Shown here piece after piece: positions 14,584 to 26,473 of a stretch of DNA of 64,000 bases; positions within the stretch are counted from its first letter, which is position 1; each line of letters opens with the position of its first letter. Below the pieces are notes generated by a model. That model was not told where the DNA came from, did no database searches, and saw nothing but the letters and a program-made list of their open reading frames with translations. The stretch is from Azolla caroliniana (lineage: Eukaryota > Plantae > Polypodiophyta), in contig JBHGNT010000010.1 in NCBI GenBank assembly GCA_043228905.1, positions 13,764,001-13,828,000 of the forward strand, read 5' to 3'. The position numbers and the translations under genes were made by a program.

Positions 14584-16136
14584 TGTCGTGAAGAAAACCG
14601 TCCACAAGCGGAATCGGTGCACAGGAGCGTAGGAACCGGCTCTTCTCGAATGTTGTCCATAGAAGATCCTAGGCGGGTAGATTTAGTGGGTAGGAAGTAA
14701 AGGGGAAACGGCTCCTTCCTTGCCTATAAAAGGGAGGGAGACGAGAAGGGGGGGGGATCGCGCAGAGTCGAGGACGAAGTGCTGTCGGTTTGCGTGCGAA
14801 GGCTTCTCTCTCTCTCTCTGGTTCGCAGATTCCATAGCTCCTTTTGTGCAGGTTTCGGGAGGCTCGCGCTGCTCTGAGGAATGCCCGAGTGCTTCCGGCA
14901 GCACCTCCAACCTACTCCTTCCTTTCTGTGCGTTTACGAACAGGTATCGACATCTGTTCGCCGGCCTGTTCGGTTGTAACCGACTTCGTGTTTTGTTGTC
15001 TGTCTTTGTTAATACATACATACATTCGTGCCTCTCTGTGTCGTTGTCCCACTCGCGTCTTTGTGTCGAAGGGCCGTGTCCCTGTGAATTTACTCTCACA
15101 CGTAGTGGGTCTCTTTTCTTTTCTCTCTTGCTCTTTGGTACAGGACCCCCGAGGTCCCGCCTCATTCCACGCATCCGCGAGAAATACCTTGACAACGTAG
15201 CCCGTGTAAAGGAAGAAATTGACAAGCTCTTGAAAGCGGGGTTCATCAGACCAGTAAAATAGACCACATGGTTGAGTCTAATAGTGGTGGTGGTGCCAAA
15301 GAAAAATGGGAAAATACGTGTGTGCATCGATTATCGTAAATTGAACGTCGTTACAATTACGAACACGTTTCTCTTACCATTTATGGATAGTGTATTAGAC
15401 ACGATCGCAGGCCATGACATGTATAGTATTTTGGATGGCTTTAGCGGATACAATCAAGTACGAATGCACCCAGACGATCAGGGGAAGACTGCATTCATCA
15501 CGGACTGGGGAGTATTTGTAATAGTGGTTATCATGTTCGGCCTAAAGACGGCCCCCACCACGTTTCAACGAACTATCACGGAAATCTTTGGTGAATTTAT
15601 ACCTGGGTTTATGCAAGTATTTCTCGATGTCTTCGTAGTATATGGGATGCAAGGAGAACATTTTAGCCATTTGCGGCTATGTTTGGAACAATGCCGTACC
15701 GCGCGCCTCAGCCTTAATCTTGCTAAATGCGTATTCAAGGTCACAAATGGAGCTCTGCTTGGACACATCGTGAGTAAGGGAGGGGATTGCGGTAGATCCC
15801 AAAAAAATTAAGGCTATCATGGAATAAAAAACTCCTAGTAACACAAAAGCTCTCAGTCGCTTCCTCGGGTAAATACGTTGGCATAGCCGTATGTTACGAT
15901 ACTTTGCGGATTTCCCTATCCCCTTGCACGCCGCAGTACACCGTACTCCATTCAAATGGACGACAACAGAAGATAAGGCATACGAGGTACTCAAAGTAAT
16001 GTCGATCCAAGCGCTTGTCGTACAACCCCCCAGACTGGTCTAAATCATTCCACGTATTTGTGGATACCTCCGATATTGCAATCGGTAGCGCGGTAATGTA
16101 GCTCACTGAGCCTAGTTGGTACTGACCGGTATACTA

Positions 16137-16831
16137 TGTTGGGAAACAGGTCCCTCCGGATGGGAAGGAAGAAGATCAGTGACGATGAACAAACCCGGTA
16201 TGAACCGGATGAGGAGTACCCGGCTACGGAGAGCCGGATGGTGCAGGCCCGGTATGAACCGGATGAGGAGTACCCGGCTACGGAGAGCCGGATGGTGCAG
16301 ACCCGGTATGAACCGGATGAGGAGTACCCGGCTACGGAGAGCCGGATGGTGCAGGCCCGGTACGAACCGGAGGAAGAGACATATTCGTAAATATGTTTCT
16401 GAGAGCCCATTGGGGCTATATTTGTAAATAGGCTAAAAGTCATATTAGTATAAATATGACTTAGGGCAAACTAATATTAAAGTTGTTGTCATTTTCTTGT
16501 TGGTGCAAGAAGAAGAGAGAGCACGTAATAGTATACAGAGAGAGAGAGAGAGAACGAGGTCGTTGCCTCTGTTGTAACCGCCGCCTGTGGCGAAGATCGT
16601 GAGTCCGAGGTCGTTGCCTCCGTGTACTCACTGTTTTGTACATTCATACATAGTGACAGTTTGCAGCCTGTGCGCTGCCGTGGTTTTTCCCCTAGTTTGG
16701 GGTTTTCCACGTTAACCTCCTGTGTATTCTTCCTCTCCTTTGTGTCGTGTTTTCGTTTCCTGTTTTCTGTGTATGAAAAGAATCTCGGTTGTGGCCGAGT
16801 CTTGCGCATAAGGAGCGTTGAGTTCCCGTCA
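16137..16831 (+). mobile_element. Solo LTR D1 with TACTA TSD and internal 54-bp tandem repeats
   Basis: TGTTGGG...CCCGTCA flanked by TACTA on both sides. Homologous to 29125-29882 and related to the LTR at 31005-31544. Confidence 0.9.
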
Positions 16832-18019
16832 TACTACTCTAGCCGTAAATTATCGGATGCAGAGCGGAATTATTCAACAACAGAGTGCGAAGCCTTGGGG
16901 ATGATTTATAGCGTAAACAAATTCGGACATTACCTACTAGGGCGGAAGTTCACGTTTCATTTGGACCACATGACACTACTCTACTTAGTCGAGAAGCAGG
17001 GGTATGGATGCTGCTACTCCAGGAATTTGAATTCACAAACCAGCATCGGCCGGGTACACAACACGCCATAGCTGGCTGATTGTCTAAGCAGACTAGATAA
17101 TGGCGACAACGCAATAACACGAGATGAAGATTTCCACGACGCTGATATTTTGCAGGTTGCGGCTATAGCGACACAAGATGAGAAAAGTTTTCCGGACCAA
17201 TAGCTGATGGAGATGACCTACTTCTTGACAACGGGACGACCACCACCACAGCCACGAACAGACGAAAAGAAAAGACTCACAGTACAGAGCCACAATTTCT
17301 TCCTAGTTATGGGAGTCCTATATCATAAGGGGAGCGATGGTATATGGAGTTGCGGTATACGACAAGAGGAGAAGGAAGCCGTTTTACGTGAAGCTCACTG
17401 CAGAACGGTAGGAGGGCATTACGTAGGAGACGTTATGGCCCGAAAAGTATGGCATGCATGCCTTTGCTGGTCAACTATGCAAAAAGACGCATATCAATAT
17501 TGTAAAGAATGCGACCTCTGCCAATGCATGGGCCAACCTACGGAGCTCGCACGGATGCCGCACCAGCTAGTGCTCCCGCACGACCCCTTCGAGAAATTGG
17601 GTCTCGATTTTGTCGGCCCTTTTACTCTGGCAACGGCACGAATAGGGAATAAATATATCATAGTCGCCACGGATTATTGCACGAAATGGGTAGAAGCAAA
17701 AGAATTACGGGATAACACCACGACATTGATGGCAAAATTCTTATACGAGCACATTTGGTGCCATTTTGGCTACCCAATAGAACTCATAAACGATCAAGGA
17801 AGCCATTTTTTGAATATGGTTATCCACGACCTCACACACCATTACACCATAGTACATAAGAAGAGTAGACCGTATTATCCTCAGGCGAATGGATTAGTGG
17901 AATCAACAAATAAGACGCTGCAAAATATCCTGAAAAAAAATCGTTAATGAGAATAGAACGAACTGGGACACTAAGCTACATAACGCCTTGTAGGCTTACC
18001 ACATGAGCTACAAGACATG

Positions 18020-21000
18020 TGAAAAGAATTGCATGCGGAAGCAATATAGAAAACTGAACAACAGAAAACGCAGGTTTAATGGAAGGCTTAGGTTTGCACA
18101 ATACGCACAGGAGAGACAGAGAGAGAGAGAGTAAACACAAAACTTAATTCAAAAAGATAATACTCAATCTATACATAGGATGTGCTCAGTGAGCACTTTT
18201 ATATAAGCCCTGACAATTGGGCTTACACAAGTACTGATAGTACTTGATTGCTCATAAACGATCCTTGACTCTTACTCCCAAAACTATTCCTTACGAGGAA
18301 TATCTTTCTAACGGCTTTTCGGTTTACGCACCGATACGGCCTTCCTATGCACCGGTTTGCGTACCGGTTTACGCATCCGCTTTACGCACCGGTCCGGCCT
18401 AACCGATCGGTCCCAACCTGTCCGGTCCTCGGCTTGCTCAGCCGATCCAACTGATGTTGAACTTGTCTCTCAACACTCCCCCTCAAGCTCAACTTGAGGC
18501 TCTTCAGGATCTTCCGGATCACCGCTCCGGTTCCTCCTGGCTCCACGCCTCGCTCGCGCTCCTCGACCTGTTCGACTCCGCGTGCTTCGACCCTTCCTGT
18601 TGGCTTGTCTGCTCCCACGGTCTTTCACAGCTTTCTTGCTGTCGCGGTGTTGGTGCTTCTCCTGCTGTCTTCTTCTCCACTTGGTCCTTGGTTGATTTAG
18701 TGCATCCGAATCAAACATCCGAACCGGCTCGGCTACCTCCGATCGGTTTTCGCTCTCGTTCGAGTTGGCTGTCTCCAACTCGTCTTCGGTCTTCTCGCCC
18801 TTGACGGCGTTATCTCCCCCATGCTTGGTTGACTTCGGCTCTTCCTTTCGGCTACTCCCCTTATGTCCGCTTCGGGATTCTTCCGCGGATCCGCCCTCGG
18901 CTTCTTCAGCCGATCCAAAATCGAATTCGTCATCCGACTCGGTGTCCCGGTCTTCTCCGCTCCTTTCTTGCTTCCTTCCATGGTCATTCGAGATGTCCCT
19001 CCCCCTCAAGTTTGGCACGTCGAGGTGACGCAATCCAAGTGCACCCGAGAATTGCCGCAACTTGTCCAGACCAAGGGGCTTGGTGAAGATGTCAGCAGTT
19101 TGCCGATCCGTCGAAACATATTGAAGTTCGACTTCACCAGAAAGAACACGCTCACGGACAAAAGGGTAGTGCACCTCAATGTGTTTGGTCCGTGCTTGGA
19201 AAATGGGGTTCTTTGCAAGCTGGATGCTGCTGAGGTTGTCGCAGTAGATCGTCGTCGGATCAGACACCTCCTCTTGTAGATCCTTAAGTAGCCGCTTCAA
19301 CCATATGGCTTTGCATGTTGCGACATCCGCTCCTCTATACAGCTTCGGTGCTCGACAACGCAACTATCGGCTGCTTCTTGCTACTCCACGCTATTGCGGC
19401 ACTCCCAAGGGAGAACGCATATCCGGACGTGGATCGGCGATTGGCGGTGTTGCCGGCCCAATCAGCATCGGTGTAGCCAACCAACTGCGAGACTGTACCG
19501 GTATGATATAGCAGTCCCCGGTCCGTAGTGCCGCTTACGTACCGCAATACGCGTTGTGCACACTGAAGGTGCTCGTTGGTAGGTTGCGCCATAAACTGAT
19601 TGATCACCCCGACCGGATAACTGAGATGGGGTCGGGTGATTGTCAAGTAAATAAGGCTTCTGACAATTTGTCGGAACCTCGTCGGGTCGCACACCTTTCC
19701 GGAATTGGGGCGAAGCTTGACGGTTCTATCAAGAGCAATTGAGACGGACTTACAGTCTGCCATCCCGAATTTGAAGAGCATATACAACGCGTAATGGTGT
19801 TGGCTGATCAATATGTCTTCGGGGGTATGGATCACTTCGATGCCAAGGAAGTAATGAAGATATCCCAGATCCTTTATGTTGAACGATGCTGCAAGTTGGA
19901 GCTTCACGCGGTTGATTTCACCTACCTCAGTGCCGGTATTGACCAAGTCATCAACATAGAGTAAAATACTAACCGGCCTGAGTCGACCTTTCCGAATGAA
20001 CAGTGAGGAATCCGATTTTGACGTCGCAAAGCCCATTCGACGCAGACGATGCGTGATCTTCGCGTTCCAGGCACGTGGGGCTTGCTTCAGGCCATAAAGG
20101 GACTTCTTCAATCGGCACACTGCCGACGTGTTCATTCCGGAGTGAAATCCGGGGGGTTGTACCATGTACACTTGTTCCTCAAGCTCATCTTGCAGGAACG
20201 CATTCTTTACATCCATCTGATATAAGTGGCACCCCTTGGCCGCGGCTACCGCGAGCAAAACACGGACGGTCATCATCTTCGCGACCGGCGCAAACGTCTC
20301 ATCGTAGTCGATGCCGTGTTTCTGCGTGTAGCCTTTTGCTACTAACCGGGCCTTGTATCGGTTGACCGAGCCGTCGGTGTTGTACTTGACCTTGTACACC
20401 CACCTACATCCGATTAGCTTCACACCCTTCGGTGCGTCAACCAGGTCCCAGGTCTCATTTTCCGCTAGTGCGTGCATCCTTTCCTCCATTGCGGCGCGCC
20501 AATTCACATCCTAAGCAGCTTCTGCATAGCTCTTCGGCTCACGCACTTCTGCTGCACGGGTCATGTACGCATAGTGATGCACAATGTACTCGTTGTAACC
20601 GAACCGCCTAACTGGGTTCTTCTGGCGGGTAAATCGGTGTAATCGGTCATTAGCCGATGTCGAGGTCTTCTCAGCCGACACAGACTTCACTCTTGAAGGC
20701 CCGTCACCGCTTCCCTCGGAGCCGGACTCATGTCGGTCTGACTCGTTTCTATCCGCGCCAGAATCCGACACCTTTTTCTTCCCTTTCTATTTGCGCGTAA
20801 GCCATCTCCTTGGCTTCCTGCGCAGGGAATGTATGGCCGAGTCTCCACTATTCATCGACTCTTCATCGGACTGGTCGAAATGACTCAGTCGTCCATTCGG
20901 TCCACTTAACCGAAACGAAATCGGACTCTTTTCGAGGTTCCCGATTTCAGGCTTATTCGGAGGCACCTCAACCTCGTTGTCCTCATCGTCAAAACTCGGA

Positions 21001-23362
21001 TTGGAGGTGAGGTCCGAAGCCGGAGGCAAGTACCAGGACGCGGACTCATCAAACACAATGTCGCGGCTCACGCGCACTTGTTTGGTACACGAGTTATAGC
21101 ACTTATAACCCTTTTGCTCGTCGGAATAGCCGACCAAGATACACTTCTCGGCTTTCGCGTCCAACTTCCTCCTTTTCTCCTTCGGCACATGCACATACGC
21201 AATGCTACCGAAAACTCGTAAGTGTCGCAAGTTCGGCTTCGTTCCGAAATATAGCTCATGCGCTCCAGTTACACTCGTTGGGGAAAGGAAGTCGGTGTTG
21301 CTTCCCCAGCTGGCAGGCTTCACAAATTTGTGCCTTCCGGCCACTAAATTTGGGCAATCCGAACACTCCTTGTTTCGATTGCAGGTCTTGAAGCCGTTGG
21401 TAGTTGACGTGGCCTATCCACTTGTGCCATAAGTTGATGTCCGACTCGACTTTTTGTCCCTTCACGAACATTGCGGTGTCACCGTCAGTAGAGTCGAGGA
21501 TGAACATCCTCCCATCTCTACGCCCTTGCGCAATAATACAACCTTCTTCCTCAATGAAGCACCCGAGGTGTGTAAACCGAACTTGCATCCCCTGGTCGAC
21601 GATCTGCCCGATCGACACCAGATTCTTCGTGATGGTCGGAACGTGTAACACGTTCATAAGTTTCCCTTTCTGCCCAACATGGCTCAAGGGAACTTCACCG
21701 ACATTCGCGATCGGATGCGGAGTGTCGTCTCCGGTTGCGACTACTCCTGGTTGCGTTGGTTTCTCAAGATATGAGAACCACTCCTCGTGCCACGTCATGT
21801 GGTTTGACGCGCCGGAGTCGACGTACCACACCTCGTCCGATTTCGGGGCGGACTGCTTCATTGAGTTTGCTTCGTGTCTCGTCACGAAGACTGACCCTTT
21901 TCCGGCTTCTCCGGATCCTTCGGCGTAGTGCGATCACTATCGGTTTCCTTTGTCGGTATGTCCGGAACCCGTCCTCTCCGACACGGCGCGCTTTTTCCAG
22001 CACTCGCTTTCCCTGTGGCCTTTTTGCCACAGTAACAGCATTCCGCGGCGGATTTCCCTTGCCGGTTCTCATCGCCTCGACTCCCCCTGTTTCCGGAGGG
22101 TCCGGAGTTGCTGTCGGCATCACTTCGGTGCTTTCTTCATTGATCCCGTCGGCCTCCTCCATTGCGTATCAACTCGCCTCGTCCGCCACAACCACGGGGC
22201 CTCTCTCCCTCTGTGTACAACATCTTGTTGTCGGCATGCGTGCTTGTCGACGCACCCGCATGGTTCTCCTCTATAAGGAGCATCGACTGTAAGTTGAAAA
22301 ACGATGGCGTATTCTCCCGAGTACACACAGTAGTTCGGAACACCCCGAACTTCGACGCCAAACCCCCGAGATAGACCTGGACCATCTTGCTTTCCTCGAT
22401 GTTCACATCGATGGAAGCTAAGGAATCGCATATGTCCTTAATCCTCGAGGTATAGTCAACCACCGACAAATCGTGTTGCCGTAGGTTGCTCAACTCCTGT
22501 CGGAGCTGAAGCTTCCTGGCTGTGGTGGTTGCGGTGAAAATCTTCTTTAGATTTTCCCACGCACCCTTCGGCGTTTTTGCATCCCGAACGTAGCTTAACA
22601 GTTGTTCGCCCACACAAGACGCGAAACAGTACTGCACTCTGCTCGCCGATTGTTCCCACGCCGGGAAGTCTTTGTGTGTCGAATCGGGTGCTGTGTCATT
22701 TGCTCCATCGACATAACTCCAGTAACCGTGTCCGAGCAGGTACTGGTGCATCTTGAAAGACCAAGATGCGTAGTTGTTTCTGTCGAGCTTCTTCGTCGGA
22801 AGCGAGCTAGCCATTCCTCTGTCCATCGGTTTTCTTGTTCTTCTTTGTTGGTTTTCCCTTCAAGCAAAGTTGACTGCCGAGGTTCTCAACCCTTGCGCTC
22901 TGATACCATGAAAAGAATTGCGTGCGGAAGCAATATAGAAAATTGAACAACAGAAAACGCAGGTTTAATCGAAGGCTTAGGTTTGCACAGTACGCACGGG
23001 ACAGAGAGAGAGAGAGAGTAAACACAAAACTTAATTCAAAAAGATAATACTCAATCTATACATAGGATGTGCTCAGTGAGCACTTTTATACAAGCCCTGA
23101 CAATCGCGCTGACACAAGTACTGATAGTACTTGACTGCTCATAAATGAGCCTCGACTCTTACTCCCAAAACTATTCCTTACGAGGAATAACTTTCTAACG
23201 GCCTTTCGGTTTACGTACCGATACAGCCTTCCTACACACCGGTTTGCATACCGGTTTACGCATCTACTTTACGCACCAGTCCGGCCTAACCGATCGGTCC
23301 CAACCGATCCGGTCCTCGGCTTGCTCAGCCGATCTGGCCGATGTTGAGCTTGTCTCTCAACA
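18020..23362 (-). mobile_element. Ty1/copia element H (B family), both LTRs (18020-18475, 22909-23362), TSD ACATG, integrase core deleted
   Basis: LTR pair; PBS (GCTCTGATACCA on +) ending 22908; PPT CTCCCCCTC from 18476. gag 22137-22826, WYVDSGAS protease, RT 19335-20507, RNase H plus tail 18470-19363. Near 21262 the pre-integrase region joins directly to AHELYFGTKP. Confidence 0.93.
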
Positions 23363-23948
23363 ACATGCATACAATCAACTCCCTTCGGACTAGCGTACGG
23401 GCTGGAAGCCGTAATTCCCATTGAATTTCAGGTACCCAGCTCGCGTATTCAAATCCGCAAAAGACTATCGGAAGGTCAGTCCGAACAAATGCGTTTTAGC
23501 AATTACTGGAGTATGGCAATCCTGGAACACGAGCAGAGATGGCGTAAAGTGTTCGTAGACCGACATTGAGGCACTAGTGAAAAACACTTCAAAGTTGGGA
23601 AAGTCGTTTTAGTTTTCCAAACCCGGATGGGCCAAATGCCGGGAAAATTACGATTTCGCTGGAAGGGGCCGTATTGGATAATAGTGGCGGAAAACGGAAC
23701 ATTTCAATTAGGGACCCTTGTACGCGAAATATTGCGGCAAAAAGTGAACGGATTCTGCCTGAAGCCATACTTTGGGCCTACACCACCGAATTCGTTTCAC
23801 ACGGTAAAAGACGATATGATCGTTGCTTCCCATGCCAATCAATAGCCGGGACCCACTTGTAAGAAATGTAACAGTAATATTGTACTTTATCGTTAAGAAA
23901 GAAAAAAGAAAAAAAGGAGAGGATAGTCACAACTATTAAAGGGCTTTT

Positions 23949-26473
23949 ATGCATGCACACTTTCCAAGGGAAAGAACACGTGTCGGCACAATGAGGCACA
24001 AGCCCATGAACCCTAAGTCACAAAAAGAGGAGAACAGACGGTTTTCGGCATATTACAGAAAACTTAATCAAGCCTCCTGCTCCCCTCACACTCCTCACAC
24101 TCCTCGCTCTCCAGCTTTTCACAAGCATCACGGTCCAAGCAACTCGTGTGCCCTAACCCGTAATCACTCCTCGTACGATCCCTGCCACAGTACTATGCCG
24201 ATCCCCATCTCCTTAGCATTGCGACGATGGCTCCTGGAAAAGGGCTTCGAAGGCTACATCTGGGTAGCAAAGGCACCACAACACCCCGATGCCCAAGAAA
24301 TCACCAAGAAGCTCAATGTCGACACAGTTATGAATGGTAGCATCAGAAAGGAGCTAGGTTTGATGGCGGTAGGAGAGAAACATTTCGAGATTCCCCCTGC
24401 AGAAGACCTAGAAAGATATTTCGGAGAGTACTCAACCTCCGCCAAAGCCTACAGAACAAAGGACCTTGCGAAATTTTTATTGGAAGTTGGATGCGTCCAT
24501 GTGAACGCTTATGGGATGCCGAAGCAGAAAGTCGGCATCGTCATCGACACGTTCAAGTAATCACGGGCTCAGGGTTAAGAGAAGGTTTGCATGCCTTTCA
24601 GGCCGGGAAGAAGCTGTGTCCAAATATATAGCAGTACTTAACCGTGTTGTTTCCTCCTTGAGAACTGCTTGCACCGGATACAAGACCCACACCTCCACCT
24701 CGGTCCACGAAACGACGATTAACGGACCTGGCGAGAACGGAATGGGAGGAAGAACCAAACCCTACCACCATCGAAATAGCGCCGACACAAGAGGAAAGGC
24801 AGGCCAACCGCAACGATTCCGGAGAAGCGCCATCTACGGCCGAATAGGAACAACTTGAGCAGAGCCACAATAGCCCTAGGCCTAAGCGTCGACGGTTGGA
24901 TCACAAGGATGGTCGTGGACTAGTAAAGGATGCAGACGCACGGGTGTAAGATTGCGTGCCCACGGAGCGGACATCTACACTGGAGCTCATCCGTGAGCCA
25001 CAACCAATCATAACGGCACAATCGCAACGTCGAAAAGGCTTATGGCAAACAGTGAAGTGTTACGCTATTCGGATATTCCGGATACGGCCCATGAGTTCGG
25101 TGCGTTGTTACAATTCGGGACGACATATGAACTCATGGAATTCCTAGCGACATAGTAGATCAAGGTGTCCCAGTGAATGGCGGAGGAGCACGCCGAACAA
25201 CAGATGATTGAGTGTGCACTGACACAAACAGCAGAGAGCGAAGATGAGGGTCCACTAGCGAAAGTGGGCCGGAAACGTAATGCAGGGGTCCGGCAGGTTG
25301 GAATTGAATTGCCTCCCTTGAATGCTGCCTTAGTGGAGGTTCATCAGGAGTTAGCAAAACTGAGCTTGGGTGCCAAAGATATGGCAATAAAAAATAAAAA
25401 TGTTTGGAAAACAGTAAAAGTGACCCACGAACAATTGAACAAGGCGCAGGAGCGCATCGTGCAACTAGAGAACAATGCGGCCAGTATGCAACCCCCTCTT
25501 GCCCCTGCCCCGCACGACACGGAAGTTCAGATGCTAAGGGAAGAGCTGGAGGCCCAAGCAGCACTCACGGCAAAGGTAAAAAGGGCTATGAAGCTAGCCG
25601 AAACAAAGATTGATTGCTTCATATCAGAGCTCCACCAATCATCTGCCAGGGAAGCAGACATCAGGGCAAAAGGATGCAAGGCGGTCTAATTTACAGTTCA
25701 AGATAAGCTCGATGCGGAGGTAGTGGCACATGGCCGAACAAAGGAAGAGAAGGGAAAGTTGCGGGAGGAAACAAGCAAAAAGGAGGCTGTCATTACGGCG
25801 TTAGCAGCTCGCACTTGAGCATGAATAAACCCACCAAGTCGAAATACGCATGAATAATAAAATGGGCCGGCTTGAGGAACTACATTTGAAGGAGTCCCAG
25901 ATCTGGGCACAGATGAAGACCCACTATGAAGAGGCGGTGACAACCAACAAAAGGAAAATTGAGAATCTAAAGCAGGCTCTGGAGGAGTCACAAGCACGCT
26001 CCCAAATACAGAAGGACCAAATCCACGTACTCCTCCAAACAAAGAAGGAACAATTTACAACGCAACTACAAGCAGCCTTAGACAAGGGTTGGGCCGGATG
26101 GGCAAAATAAGCGGCCAAACTCCACACCTACCGAGCAAATTGGGAAAATCGGCGCAAAGAAGGTAAAGGATTCTATAAGCTAAAATGAAGAGAGCATAGC
26201 TGCGGTACGAGAAGACCTAACGCAAGACTATCACGCGTTAGCCGACCGACACGCAGAGGAGATAACACAACTGCTGGAAGATTTCAGCGAAAGTCAGGAA
26301 GATATCTTCCACCAGTTGTGCGCGATCGGAAGTGAGCATCAAAAGGCAGAGGAATTGAAGAGGGCGGAGGCTATTACCATCCAGGACAATGACTCTGTGG
26401 AGCAAAACGAGCCTCCAATTGATCCTAATGACGCTCTAGAAGTAACAACAATGTCGGAGGTCCCCACACAAGA
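23949..26473 (+). pseudogene. Extra 3' ORF of gypsy C; fragmented, coiled-coil-like protein of unknown function
   Basis: Same-strand ORF fragments 23949-24560, 25177-25689, 25850-26110 and 26316-26513 lie between integrase and LTR. E/K/Q/L-rich heptad-like composition. Confidence 0.6.

Larger units (their letters stand above)
8264..15194 (+). mobile_element. Full-length Ty3/gypsy element A2 (611-bp LTRs 8264-8874 and 14584-15194, tRNA-Trp PBS, 4-bp TSD ACGT)
   Basis: TG...CA LTR pair differing at about 10 positions. PBS TGGTGAACCCGACGTGAA at 8878-8895. PPT before 14584. ACGT flanks both ends. Confidence 0.95.

Noticed and set aside
16116-16443. Repetitive ORFs (TRYEPDEEYPATESRMVQ)n, also at 29084-29689
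   Set aside because: By-product of a 54-bp repeat within solo LTRs; open in several frames and on both strands.
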